Shown in pieces: positions 46,960 to 56,627 of a DNA stretch of 64,000 bases (positions are counted from its first letter, which is position 1; each line of letters begins with the position of its first letter). The position numbers were made by a program, and so were the translations under genes. This DNA comes from Microgenomates group bacterium (GTDB lineage: Bacteria; Patescibacteriota; Microgenomatia; UBA12405). The DNA lies in contig JBAQNJ010000001.1 of the NCBI GenBank assembly GCA_049303675.1, positions 536,711 through 600,710 of the forward strand, read 5' to 3'. The notes beneath the pieces were generated by a model. That model was not told where the DNA came from and did not search any database. It worked only from the letters and a program-made list of their open reading frames with translations.

Positions 46960-46962
46960 ATT

Positions 46963-47697
46963 GTGTTTTTATTTTTAGCCCTATTATTTTTATTTTCCTC
47001 TCCCGTTTTTGCTACACCCATAATTAAAATTACCAATTTTTCCTCCAACTCTTTACCTGAATGGATCGAAATTCACAATGAGACTGACAATTTAATTGAT
47101 TTAACTGGCTGGAAAATAGGCGATAGCAATCCTACACCAGAATACGATATCTCATTATCTGGCTGTTTGTCGGAAAATTCTTATCTTACTGTTTACCAAC
47201 AGTCAGCCTTATTGAACAACGATGGTGATACTATATCTTTGTTTGACCAAAATAATATATTAATTGATCAGTTGGTCTATTCAGTAGGCAAAACGGATAG
47301 TACTCAAAGATCAGACAATACTTGTGTTCCTTCACCAACGCCCACTCTAACCCCTACCGCCACATCAATTCCACCCACCAATACTCCTATTCCCACTGTC
47401 ACCAATACCCCAACAACCACCCCCACCTCATCAGCTACTCCCACTCCCACCGCCACTATTACCCCCAAGCCGACTCTTACCCCTACCCCCACCCCGGAAC
47501 CCACAGTCGTCATGGAGCCCACCCCCACCGATTTACCCGATCAACCCATGGTTTTAGCCAGTACTGACCTCAACATCACTCCTACCCCCGCCCTCAAAAC
47601 TTCATTTTTCACTCCCACCACTATCTCCACTCTGGCCATTGGCCTTGGTCTTCTGCTCTTGGTCACCCCCTTAATTATGCAAAAGTTTAAGAGATGA
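46963..47697 (+). CDS. lamin-tail-domain (LTD) protein with Thr/Pro-rich linker and C-terminal TM anchor
   Basis: Signal peptide. EWIEIHNETDNLIDLTGWKIGD...GDTISLFD matches the LTD pattern, then a TPTPT... linker of about 60 aa and a terminal hydrophobic helix plus KFKR. Confidence 0.65.
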   Translation: MFLFLALLFLFSSPVFATPIIKITNFSSNSLPEWIEIHNETDNLIDLTGWKIGDSNPTPEYDISLSGCLSENSYLTVYQQSALLNNDGDTISLFDQNNILIDQLVYSVGKTDSTQRSDNTCVPSPTPTLTPTATSIPPTNTPIPTVTNTPTTTPTSSATPTPTATITPKPTLTPTPTPEPTVVMEPTPTDLPDQPMVLASTDLNITPTPALKTSFFTPTTISTLAIGLGLLLLVTPLIMQKFKR

Positions 47698-48068
47698 AAT
47701 TATCATCATATCTCAAATTATTACCCTCCATTATCTGGATGTGTTTTATTTTTTTTCTCTCTTCCCTGTCCACCTCATCTATTCATGGCACCTTCAATCA
47801 GCGTTTCCTCATTCTCAAATCCTTTCATCTAATAGAGTATGCCGTGTTGGCCATCCTCATCTATTTACCAATTCAAAAAATACCCCAATCTATTCTTATT
47901 TCCTATCTCTATGCCATCACCGATGAAATCCATCAACACTTTGTCACTGGTCGTACCAGCAAATTTTCCGACACCCTAATAGATTTGATTGGAATTACCC
48001 TCGGAATAATTATTATAAAAAAACTATTCTCCCTTGTTAAAGGCGTGCGGTCCCAGAAGTGGGAGTGA
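47694..48068 (+). CDS. VanZ-like family membrane protein
   Basis: 124 aa, 4 TM helices. ITDEIHQHFVTGRTSKFSDTLIDLIG is the VanZ signature. The last roughly 12 codons are encoded by repeat copy f. Confidence 0.7.
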   Translation: MKLSSYLKLLPSIIWMCFIFFLSSLSTSSIHGTFNQRFLILKSFHLIEYAVLAILIYLPIQKIPQSILISYLYAITDEIHQHFVTGRTSKFSDTLIDLIGITLGIIIIKKLFSLVKGVRSQKWE

Positions 48069-48093
48069 TACGGCGTAGCCGAGAGGGATTGAA
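48028..48093 (+). repeat. structured hairpin repeat element, copy f (expanded), overlapping the VanZ 3' end
   Basis: tctcccttgttaaagg, a 38-nt insert, then agagggattgaa. The ends are identical to copy c. Confidence 0.65.
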
Positions 48094-48109
48094 TTTGCTA
48101 CACTGAATT

Positions 48110-48952
48110 GTGTTCAAATTTCTCAAACTATATTTCCTGCCCCATCCCGACAACAATCACAAGGCCTATCTCATTCAGCCAGGGTTTATTGGTGTCTTAA
48201 TCGCTGTCTATCTCCTCAACCAGTCATTTATCAAATCCTTTACTATTCTTCGCCCTGGAGTACTCGGTTATTCCTCAGAAATAACTGTTCAAAAAGTCAT
48301 AGACCAAACTAATTTGCTTCGCAAGGAAGCGGGTCTACCTCGTCTAGTTTACAATCCCATCCTATCCCAATCCGCCGCCAGCAAAGCCGCCGATATGTTT
48401 GCCGCCAATTATTGGGCTCACAATTCGCCCAGTGGTCGCACCCCTTGGGATTTTTTCAAAGCTGCCGGTTACAAATATTCCCTTGCTGGCGAAAACCTCG
48501 CCAAGGACTTTTATGACACCGATTCGATGATGAAAGCTTGGATGAATTCACCGACACACAGGGACAATATTGTTAACAGTAAATACAAAGAAATTGGTAT
48601 TGGTGTGGTCAATGGCGTCCTCGGTGGTGTCAAAACCACCCTCGTCGTCCAGCATTTTGGTACCCCCCAAAGTGGAGTTGTCTATAGTGCCACCACTCAA
48701 GAGCCGGAAATTGTCTCCCCAGTCAACGACGTGGCTCCCAGCTCTCGACCCCTAGTTAGTCCTCTGGCCATCAGCCAAATAGTTGGATTACTTATGTTTG
48801 GGTTAATCATCATTACTTTAATTATTGATATTTATCATTCCCTCCAATTCAAGCATCATCGTCTTAGCGGTTCCTCACTTAGCCATGCCGGCTTTTTACT
48901 AGTTATTCTCATGCTCTTAATATTTACGAGGCAGGGGAGTATTCTATTCTAA
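48110..48952 (+). CDS. CAP/SCP domain protein (YkwD-like) with flanking TM segments
   Basis: The sequence LLRKEAGLPRLVYNPILSQSAASKAADM...YWAHNSPSG...GENLA...W..S..HRDNI matches the CAP domain consensus. Confidence 0.8.
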   Translation: MFKFLKLYFLPHPDNNHKAYLIQPGFIGVLIAVYLLNQSFIKSFTILRPGVLGYSSEITVQKVIDQTNLLRKEAGLPRLVYNPILSQSAASKAADMFAANYWAHNSPSGRTPWDFFKAAGYKYSLAGENLAKDFYDTDSMMKAWMNSPTHRDNIVNSKYKEIGIGVVNGVLGGVKTTLVVQHFGTPQSGVVYSATTQEPEIVSPVNDVAPSSRPLVSPLAISQIVGLLMFGLIIITLIIDIYHSLQFKHHRLSGSSLSHAGFLLVILMLLIFTRQGSILF

Positions 48953-49197
48953 TGAAACAAAAACTCGATTATCTCTTAGTGTTTTTACTTTTTTCTTTTG
49001 GATTTTGTCTTTATCTTTATTTTTCCTACAATGGTCATTTACAGCGCAATGTTATTTACGTTACCGGTGGCTTATATTTTCTTTGGAGTCTCTGGCACCA
49101 CTATCGTCTTGGCGACCTCCACTTGTCCATTATTATCGAATATCTAGCCATCATCTCCCTCGGATTACTAGTTCTCTCTTCAACTTTTGTATTTTGA
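48952..49197 (+). CDS. small hypothetical membrane protein
   Basis: 81 aa with two hydrophobic helices. The 3' end overlaps convergent trmD. Confidence 0.35.
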   Translation: MKQKLDYLLVFLLFSFGFCLYLYFSYNGHLQRNVIYVTGGLYFLWSLWHHYRLGDLHLSIIIEYLAIISLGLLVLSSTFVF

Positions 49198-49825
49198 ACT
49201 TATTTATTCTCACTGGGTCTCCACTTAGTAGTTCCTCAGGTACTTTTTGTCCCTCATACTCCGCTGGTCTAGTGTATTGAGGATACTCGATATAGCCTTC
49301 ACTCGAATGACTTTCTTCCTTACTCGAATCATCTTTTCCGAGGACTCCCTTTAACAATCTAGTTACACTATCAATCATCACCATTGCTGGAATTTCCCCA
49401 CCAGTTAGGACATAATCACCAATCGATATTTCTTCGTCTACCAGACTCGATACCCGTTCATCAAATCCCTCGTAGTGGCCACAAATAATAATCAAATTTT
49501 CATATTGCCCCAATCTTTCCGCATCTTGTTGCGTAAACCTTTTCCCTCGCGCCGAAGTTAATATTATTCTTGTTTTTTCTTTAACTCGTAACTTATCACT
49601 CGTAACTTCAGTGATTGCCTTCGCAATCACGTCGACTCTTATCAACATCCCCACTCCACCACCATAAGGTCGATCATCCACTGCCCCATAATTATTCCAT
49701 GCCCACTGGCGCATATCATGGGTATTTATTTCGACAATTTTTTTATCCATTGCTTTTTTTATCATTGACTCCCCAAACACTCCCTCAAACATTTTCGGGA
49801 ACAATGTCACAATATCAAATTTCAT
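49151..49825 (-). CDS. trmD: tRNA (guanine37-N1)-methyltransferase
   Basis: 224 aa. MKFDIVTLFPKMFE...DDRPYGGGVGM matches the TrmD N-terminus. Confidence 0.92.
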   Translation of the reverse strand: MKFDIVTLFPKMFEGVFGESMIKKAMDKKIVEINTHDMRQWAWNNYGAVDDRPYGGGVGMLIRVDVIAKAITEVTSDKLRVKEKTRIILTSARGKRFTQQDAERLGQYENLIIICGHYEGFDERVSSLVDEEISIGDYVLTGGEIPAMVMIDSVTRLLKGVLGKDDSSKEESHSSEGYIEYPQYTRPAEYEGQKVPEELLSGDPVRINKFKIQKLKRELVIRGR

Positions 49826-49844
49826 GGAATATTATACCAACTTA

Positions 49845-50602
49845 TTACTTATCCATCATCCCTATCTTCTCATTAATTTTTTTGGCAATTTTTTCTGGAC
49901 TCAGCAGTTTTCCCTCTTCACAGCAGTCAATTCCCACCCACCAATTTGGATTCGTATTTATCATATAGCGATACTCTTCTGCCGCTCGATTTTGATGTTC
50001 CAGATTTGCCTCAGCTTGGTCAATATTTACAACACCAGCATATTCTCTTTTTTGTTTATTCAAAATATTTTGATAACAAATATCCGGGTCAACAAATAGT
50101 ACAATTATTAAATCAGGTTTAAAAATCTTCATTTCTTTCCAACCAGTTTTCCATAGCCAGTCGCGATATTCTTTTTGATTATCACCACTCAACTTGGCCA
50201 CTTGATGGACATTAGAGGTGAAATATCGATTAGAAATTACATACAGTCCTCGATCAATTTTTTTCTTTATTTCTTGGCTACCCCAATATTCATCAATCAT
50301 ATATGGTAAAACCGACAGATAAGGACTTATCGAAAATAATTCGCCAAATTCACAATTAGCATTCTCCCCACCAGTTTTCCCCAGACACTGGTTTTATATC
50401 GGGGAAAATCTTCTGTTTCAACTTTATACCCCCTATCTTTAAATTGATCACCCAGCAAACTGATTTGATTATTTTCAAATTTATTGTTATCTACAGCGTA
50501 TCCATCGCTAACTAATTTCTGAATCAACAGTCCCGACTGCAATGTTTTTCCACTTCCATCAATCCCTTCAATCACAATAAATTTTCCTCTTTTCCTTTGC
50601 AC
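49845..50602 (-). pseudogene. tmk: thymidylate kinase interrupted by a -1 frameshift at a G4 homopolymer (pseudogene or sequencing error)
   Basis: N-terminal ORF 50327..50602 has FIVIEGIDGSGKT. C-terminal ORF 49845..50300 has YVISNRYFTSNVHQ. A third frame bridging them reads ENANCEFGELFSISPYLSVL, matching the expected Tmk segment. The shift is at CCCC 50366-50369. Confidence 0.75.
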
Positions 50603-50636
50603 CTCTCAGATTATCAATGACCTAGCAAAATTACAA

Positions 50637-51068
50637 TTAATCAAATAATTGGTCAATTTCTACTTCATTATCACCATCTGTCATTAATGGTAAATTCATT
50701 CGTAGTTGTTGGGTTTTTTTAAATCTTTTCTCACATTCAGGCATAATATCATTTGCTAAGTCATCAGCTGTAATTTGACATTCTACCTCACTTCTTTTTG
50801 GAATTTTACCAAAAATTCCTTTAGCCATTAAATTTAAATGTAGTTGATGTTCGCCACTTATGCTTCTGGTTTTTCTAACTTTCAACAATTCACACAAATC
50901 ACAGCCCAACATTTCTCTTAATTTTTCTTGGTCGGGACTAAATTCAAAACGCTTTTGATAGACAAATGATACACCGTTATTATATGCAAACACACTTGGA
51001 TAGGCAGTATGTCGACCTACAGGCACAAACTTTGCCAATACTAACGCTTCATCTGTTGTAGGTAACAT
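50637..51068 (-). CDS. hypothetical protein with four-Cys cluster
   Basis: 143-aa ORF with CDLC...C...C, in operon position upstream of tmk. Confidence 0.4.
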   Translation of the reverse strand: MLPTTDEALVLAKFVPVGRHTAYPSVFAYNNGVSFVYQKRFEFSPDQEKLREMLGCDLCELLKVRKTRSISGEHQLHLNLMAKGIFGKIPKRSEVECQITADDLANDIMPECEKRFKKTQQLRMNLPLMTDGDNEVEIDQLFD

Positions 51069-51092
51069 AGTATAATATTATATACCATTGTA

Positions 51093-51881
51093 TTACCACT
51101 TACTCGATTGCCGTCTACAGATATCTATTAGCAAGTCTGTAGTGCATTCTTCTTTGGGGATACCTAGTGGCGTCAGCTCTTCTATGGCGCAGACGTCAGG
51201 TGCTACCGCTCTTCTTTTTCGAGGCTGGATTTCACCAGATTCTTTAATAGGATATCTCGTTTCCTCATAATACCAATTACCTCTATCGCTGTATCTTATT
51301 CTCCCAGTTCTGACCGAAATATATTCATACCACCGACGAGCATTTTTAGATAAAACCGTCATTAATCGACAATCTGGTAATCGGCGTTTATTAATATCTC
51401 GCATTTCTGCCATCACAATTTCTTGTACTATCGATTCTCGATACCACATTTCTTCACTTTTTTCATGACACCAATAATTATCTTCACCCCCAGCTAGTTC
51501 AAAAAGCCATTCCGGAACTTCCGCTACATCATCCGCAGTTAATGGTCTAATTTCTGGCATTCTTACAAATTCTTTATCTAATATCTCGCCAACCGTATCA
51601 AGTAAATCATTATCAACAAATTCAATATCTTCCTCATCTTGGTATAAATCTTGTTCTCCATGATAATAATAATCAAACCACTCATTAGAATTATCATAAC
51701 TAATTACTCCATCTCTGCTTCGTTGCATTGACAAATGCATGGCTGAGTCATCTGCCGTCATTACCTCTTGAGATTGGATTTCGGCCAAATCCTCATCTAA
51801 TCCCAATGGTTTACCAAAAAATATTGGATCATTTTGTTCCAGCTGATAATTTATATTATCTATTGACTCAGAATTTAACAT
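51093..51881 (-). CDS. hypothetical highly acidic protein
   Basis: 262-aa ORF. The N-terminal two thirds are D/E/Y-rich and the C-terminus is Arg-rich. No known domain. Confidence 0.45.
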   Translation of the reverse strand: MLNSESIDNINYQLEQNDPIFFGKPLGLDEDLAEIQSQEVMTADDSAMHLSMQRSRDGVISYDNSNEWFDYYYHGEQDLYQDEEDIEFVDNDLLDTVGEILDKEFVRMPEIRPLTADDVAEVPEWLFELAGGEDNYWCHEKSEEMWYRESIVQEIVMAEMRDINKRRLPDCRLMTVLSKNARRWYEYISVRTGRIRYSDRGNWYYEETRYPIKESGEIQPRKRRAVAPDVCAIEELTPLGIPKEECTTDLLIDICRRQSSKW

Positions 51882-51939
51882 TTGGTTGATTATATTTCAA
51901 AGTTTCAAAAATTGCTGATGTTTGTTATATACTCATTTC

Positions 51940-53100
51940 ATGACACAAGACAAACAAACTGCGGTGATAGTTATCCCCACCTACAACGAGGCAGGGAGTA
52001 TCGGTCAGATGATCGATTACTTAAACAGCAAAACTTTCCCATCTTTGGACAAAAAATGGGAAATGAAAATATTAGTTGTCGATGGTAACTCCCCCGACGG
52101 TACTGGCAAAATCGTCACCGACAAATCTAAAAAATATAAAAACGTTTTTCTTCTTACTGAGACCAGCAAAGATGGCATTGGTGCCGCTTACCTCAAAGGC
52201 TTCAAATATGCCATGGAAAAATTGGCCGCCGATTTTGTATTTGAATTTGATGGTGATTTCCAACACCCTCCCGAGATGATCCCCAAAATGTTGCAGGCAA
52301 TAGACGATGGTTATGATTATGTTATCGGCTCCCGTAAAATCAAGGGTGGTAGCAACCCCAAGGGTTGGGGATTCAAACGGACCTTCCTCTCCGAGGCCGG
52401 CAGTCTAGTTGCCAGAATTATTTTGTTTTTTCCATTCAAAAACTTTTTCCATGTCACCGATCCCACCACTGGTCTGAAGGTCACTCGTGTCCGTGGTTTT
52501 GCCGATCACTTAAATCTAAATTTTAATCATCTTTATACCAAGAGCTTTGGTTACAAATTCCAATTATTATTCGAAACTCTGGCCTTAGGTGCCCGATTTA
52601 AAGAAGTTCCCCTCGTCTTCAATGTCCGGACTACTGGCGAGTCCAAAATAGAGCGTCAGGCTACTATCGAGATGTTGATGACTACCCTAAAAATACGCTG
52701 GTTTGATGACTTTACCCAAAAATTCCTCAAGTTTGGCACAGTTGGTTTTGTTGGCTATTTATTCAATGCCTTCGGTCTCGTTTTGTTTGCCAAAATCACC
52801 ACAATCGAGTGGCTTATTTGGTTACTGGCTACCGAAGTAGCTATCATTAGCAACTTTACTCTCAATAATGTCTGGACGTTTAGCTCACAGAAGATTACCG
52901 ACACTTCTCTTTTTATCAAAAAGTTTTTTCAATTCAATTTATCTTCTGTTGGAGCCATCATTATACAGGCAGTTGTTGGCTCAATTGGTGTTACCGTGTT
53001 TGGCCTCTCTCGTCAGATATTATTACCCCTTATCATTCTGTTTCTGGTTTTGCCCTACAATTGGCTGATGTACAACACCTTTATTTGGAAAAAGAAATAA
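51940..53100 (+). CDS. polyprenol-phosphate glycosyltransferase (GT2, DPM synthase-like) fused to GtrA-like membrane domain
   Basis: ATG at 51940 in ORF 51922..53100. VIVIPTYNEAGSI and DGDFQHPPE are GT2 motifs. The C-terminal 4 TM helices are GtrA-like. Confidence 0.8.
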   Translation: MTQDKQTAVIVIPTYNEAGSIGQMIDYLNSKTFPSLDKKWEMKILVVDGNSPDGTGKIVTDKSKKYKNVFLLTETSKDGIGAAYLKGFKYAMEKLAADFVFEFDGDFQHPPEMIPKMLQAIDDGYDYVIGSRKIKGGSNPKGWGFKRTFLSEAGSLVARIILFFPFKNFFHVTDPTTGLKVTRVRGFADHLNLNFNHLYTKSFGYKFQLLFETLALGARFKEVPLVFNVRTTGESKIERQATIEMLMTTLKIRWFDDFTQKFLKFGTVGFVGYLFNAFGLVLFAKITTIEWLIWLLATEVAIISNFTLNNVWTFSSQKITDTSLFIKKFFQFNLSSVGAIIIQAVVGSIGVTVFGLSRQILLPLIILFLVLPYNWLMYNTFIWKKK

Positions 53101-53583
53101 ATGTCAGAAGCCAGTCATCATCAAGTCAATCAACCCGGCGACCACGACAATATATTCTTTTATCCCAAAGAATTTTATGTCTTTGATAATTTCAGCTCAT
53201 TTCAGGTCGAATGGCACGGTTTTCTCTGGCCCACCTCCGAGCATGCTTTTCAGGCTGCCGGCTTTATTGATACCGCCCCAGATATTTATTCGGAAATACA
53301 ATCAGCTCGATCGGCTCATGATGCCCAAAAAGTTGCCTACCAGAACAGGGATAAATTACCTTCAGATTGGGATAATATAAAAGTTAATCTAATGAAAGAC
53401 ATCCTTCGCCACAAAATTGACCAACATCCATACGTTCTCAAAAAGTTACTTCAATCCGGCACTAGGGAGATTATCGAAGACTCATGGCGTGATTCAGAAT
53501 GGGGCTGGGGGTTGCATCAGGACGGTCAAAACAAATTAGGCCATATTTGGATGGATCTTCGCACAGAATATCAGAAAAAATAG
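53101..53583 (+). CDS. NADAR (YbiA-like, DUF1768) domain protein
   Basis: 160 aa. The sequence FYVFDNFSSFQVEWHGFLWPTSEHAFQAAGF...DWD...LMKDILRHK...DSEWGWG follows the NADAR consensus. Confidence 0.75.
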   Translation: MSEASHHQVNQPGDHDNIFFYPKEFYVFDNFSSFQVEWHGFLWPTSEHAFQAAGFIDTAPDIYSEIQSARSAHDAQKVAYQNRDKLPSDWDNIKVNLMKDILRHKIDQHPYVLKKLLQSGTREIIEDSWRDSEWGWGLHQDGQNKLGHIWMDLRTEYQKK

Positions 53584-53587
53584 TTAG

Positions 53588-54070
53588 TTACTCTCCCTTT
53601 TTCAAGGGGAGATGGTCCTGAGCTTGTAGAAGGACCAGAGGGGTTTTGATTTTCATCACCCTTCCACCTGTCTCTTTTACCAATTCTTCAAAAGTAAGTT
53701 CAAACACAGCATTATTTTTTCCTGCTGCCGCCCAAATCCTCTCAAATCTATCCAAATCCATATCTATATAGGTCTCTATCTTATTTAGGTGCCCCCATGG
53801 CGGCACACCTCCGATTACGTAGCCAGTTTGGCCACGGACAAAATCGGCATCAGCTTTAAATATTTTCTCTCCCAACTCACTTTCTATTAGTGCTTCATCT
53901 ATTCTATTTATCCCACTAGCTACCACCAAAATAGCCTTGTTTTCGGCAGTTTTAAAGATAATAGATTTGGCAATTTGGGCCACCTCACACCCTAGTGCAC
54001 TGGCAGCCTCCACCACTGTTCTAGTTAACTCTTTAAACTCTATTACTTTGTATTTATCCGCCAAAAACAT
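53588..54070 (-). CDS. YbaK/ProX-family aminoacyl-tRNA deacylase domain protein
   Basis: 160 aa. The YbaK-like part contains IAKSIIFK, ILVVASG and GYVIGGVPPWG. The last roughly 17 codons are encoded by repeat copy d. Confidence 0.7.
   Translation of the reverse strand: MFLADKYKVIEFKELTRTVVEAASALGCEVAQIAKSIIFKTAENKAILVVASGINRIDEALIESELGEKIFKADADFVRGQTGYVIGGVPPWGHLNKIETYIDMDLDRFERIWAAAGKNNAVFELTFEELVKETGGRVMKIKTPLVLLQAQDHLPLKKGE
53591..53647 (+). repeat. structured hairpin repeat element, copy d, overlapping the YbaK-like CDS 3' end
   Basis: ctctccctttttcaaggggagat, then the TGGTCCT...AGGACCA hairpin, then gaggggtttt. Confidence 0.75.
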
Positions 54071-54164
54071 AGAAATATAGGATAATAATATAAATGGATC
54101 AACTTATAGCTTTTAGATATAGTCTGTAGTATAATACGACCATTATCGATTATTTATAACACAA

Positions 54165-54968
54165 ATGAAAGGTATCGTCTTAGCAGGTGGACATGCTACT
54201 CGGCTTCGTCCTCTCACCAAAATCACCAGTAAACAGTTATTGCCGGTCTACGACCGACCCATGATTTATTATCCCATTGATACCCTCATCAAAATGGGCA
54301 TTAGGGAAATCCTTATAATCGTTGCTCCCGAGTATGCTGGCCACTATCTCAATCTTCTCGGTTCAGGTAAAGAAATGGGAGTGGATTTTAGCTACGAAAT
54401 TCAAGATGAGCCTCGAGGTCTAGCCGAGGCCTTTATTATTGGCGAAAATTTTATAGGCCAAGACAATGTCACCATGGTTTTAGGTGACAATATTTTTGAT
54501 CAAGACTTTTCCAAAGAAATCAGTACTTTCAAGAGTGGTGCCATGGTCTTTGCCAAGAAGGTTGAGGATCCCCAGCGTTTTGGTGTAGTCGAGTTTGATG
54601 AAAATATGAAGGCTCTCAATATCGAAGAAAAGCCCAAGGTTCCCAAGAGTGATTATGCCGTCGTCGGACTCTATACCTACGACAACCGTGTAGTTGGTTA
54701 TGCCAAAAATCTTCAGCCATCAGCTCGTGGGGAGATAGAAATCACCGATCTCAACAATTTATATCTAAAGAATGGCGAAATAAGAGTCAACATTTTTGGA
54801 GGTATGTGGGAGGATGCCGGTACTTTTGAAAGCCTAGTTCGTGTCAATCAAATGATGTACGAGCGTCATCAACAGAAGGTCCGCAATGAAGTGGAGACTC
54901 TCAAAAAGCGAGTTATCGATCTCGAGACCGAGAAAGGCAACCTTCAGGCCCAATTGTCTGTCAACTAG
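54165..54968 (+). CDS. glucose-1-phosphate thymidylyltransferase-like sugar nucleotidyltransferase with coiled-coil tail
   Basis: [38 protein letters not shown] matches the RmlA N-terminus. The C-terminal 35 aa are coiled-coil. Confidence 0.85.
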   Translation: MKGIVLAGGHATRLRPLTKITSKQLLPVYDRPMIYYPIDTLIKMGIREILIIVAPEYAGHYLNLLGSGKEMGVDFSYEIQDEPRGLAEAFIIGENFIGQDNVTMVLGDNIFDQDFSKEISTFKSGAMVFAKKVEDPQRFGVVEFDENMKALNIEEKPKVPKSDYAVVGLYTYDNRVVGYAKNLQPSARGEIEITDLNNLYLKNGEIRVNIFGGMWEDAGTFESLVRVNQMMYERHQQKVRNEVETLKKRVIDLETEKGNLQAQLSVN

Positions 54969-55006
54969 TCATTGCATTTCTCCCTCTGTTGTCATAAATT
55001 AAACAT

Positions 55007-55474
55007 ATGACAAATTCAACCAACTCCACCGATCTCAAGGGTTTATTAGTCCAATTGGACAATTTTTTGACCGAGTATCTGGTCAAAAAAGCCCCTAGTT
55101 TACCCGACAATGTTAAGGAAATCATCGTCAAATACGCACCATATCTCAGCATTTTAGTTATCGTTCTGGCAGTTCCGGGTGTAATTGCTTTACTAGGACT
55201 TTCGGCCATGATGACGCCATTTGCTTATACAGCTGGATTATATCGACCATCCTTTTCCTTCCCCGTTTTATTTTTAATTGCTTCCCTAGTCATCGAGGCT
55301 TTAGCTATCCCCGGCCTTTTTGCTCGCAAAATTACTGGCTGGAATTTTATGCTATATGGTACCCTTATCAACGCCGTCTACCAATTGCTACGACTCGACA
55401 TTGGCGGACTCATTATCAGTACTGGCCTATCGCTTTATTTCCTCTATCAGGTCAAGTCACTTTACAAAGCCTAG
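55007..55474 (+). CDS. hypothetical membrane protein
   Basis: 155 aa with 4 predicted TM helices. Confidence 0.4.
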   Translation: MTNSTNSTDLKGLLVQLDNFLTEYLVKKAPSLPDNVKEIIVKYAPYLSILVIVLAVPGVIALLGLSAMMTPFAYTAGLYRPSFSFPVLFLIASLVIEALAIPGLFARKITGWNFMLYGTLINAVYQLLRLDIGGLIISTGLSLYFLYQVKSLYKA

Positions 55475-55478
55475 TTTA

Positions 55479-56579
55479 TTATATTGTCCTCACGCTCAAT
55501 CTATTGGCCGGCCCTAGTCCAAACCATGAATCACCATGGACAATCACTATGGTATCGCCCTTCTTTAGCCAGTTACTGTTTTTTAATTCCTCAAATACTG
55601 GGTCCTCACCAGTATATACTTCATTTTTGAATGTTTTATAGTAGGGGATAGCCCCATAAGATAGGCATAATTGATTCAATACTTGGGTATCATTGCAAAT
55701 GGCAATTAGTGGCACTGCCAGTCTATATCGTGACATTATTCTGGTAGTTGTCCCTCCACGGGTAAAAGTCACCACCGCTTTTATCGGCTTATCCAACTTA
55801 TCTCTGGTCATTTTCGCGGCCGATTCGGCTATGGCGTCGGTTAGTGTTTTGGCCACTATTTCCACATTTCTCAATTCTCCGGTGTTTTCGCAAAAACTCA
55901 ATATTTTGCCCATAATACTCACCGCCTCAATTGGATATTTACCTACCGCTGTTTCTTCCGAGAGCATCACCGCATCTGTCCCATCAAAGACGGCATTGGC
56001 CACGTCCGTTGCTTCAGCCCGAGTTGGGTTAGGATTATTAATCATCGAATACAACATTTCCGTGGCTACAATCACTGGTTTGCCCCCCCTCCGGCACTCA
56101 TCGACTATTTTTTTTTGGAAAAATGCCAGCTCTTCAATCGGAATCTCTCTCCCCAAGTCTCCTCTGGCCACCATTATCCCATCAGCGGAATTTATAATCG
56201 GTATCAAGTTTTTTATTGCCATGCCATTTTCAATTTTAGCCACTACTTTGGCAGATATCTTGTTTTTCTGCAGTCTGCCTTTCAAGTTCTCTACCTCTTT
56301 AGATGTTTTTAGGTAGGACAAGGCCACATAATCAAAATCCCTTATTTCGATTCTAAAATCGGCACTGGGGATATCGATCATTATCGCCACATTTATTTTT
56401 ACTTTTTTAGACAAAGCTCGAATCAGGCCAATTTTCTGATTATGCCACTCTGTTGGGCTATATTTGAGATTAAATCTAAATACGTTTACCCCCAATCTCA
56501 ACAAGGATAGTAGTGTTTTTTCCGAAGTCGTCGCTGGTCCGATTGTCGCCACAATTTTAGTTCGTCTCATCTCCTTCAT
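55479..56579 (-). CDS. pyk: pyruvate kinase (short form, no C-terminal regulatory domain)
   Basis: Start at MKEMRRTKIVATIGPAT (internal Met of ORF 55479..56639), 366 aa. PK barrel and A-domain motifs (MVARGDLG). The protein ends before the usual C-domain. Confidence 0.75.
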   Translation of the reverse strand: MKEMRRTKIVATIGPATTSEKTLLSLLRLGVNVFRFNLKYSPTEWHNQKIGLIRALSKKVKINVAIMIDIPSADFRIEIRDFDYVALSYLKTSKEVENLKGRLQKNKISAKVVAKIENGMAIKNLIPIINSADGIMVARGDLGREIPIEELAFFQKKIVDECRRGGKPVIVATEMLYSMINNPNPTRAEATDVANAVFDGTDAVMLSEETAVGKYPIEAVSIMGKILSFCENTGELRNVEIVAKTLTDAIAESAAKMTRDKLDKPIKAVVTFTRGGTTTRIMSRYRLAVPLIAICNDTQVLNQLCLSYGAIPYYKTFKNEVYTGEDPVFEELKNSNWLKKGDTIVIVHGDSWFGLGPANRLSVRTI

Positions 56580-56627
56580 ACAAAATTCTACCAAAATATA
56601 GGCGAGTGGTGATATCCTATATGGATT

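Noticed and set aside
47304-47567. ORFs 47304..47528(-) and 47322..47567(+) with G/V-rich or H/Y/P-rich translations
   Set aside because: They are alternative-frame readings of the ACC/CCC Thr/Pro repeat linker of the LTD protein. This is a compositional artefact.
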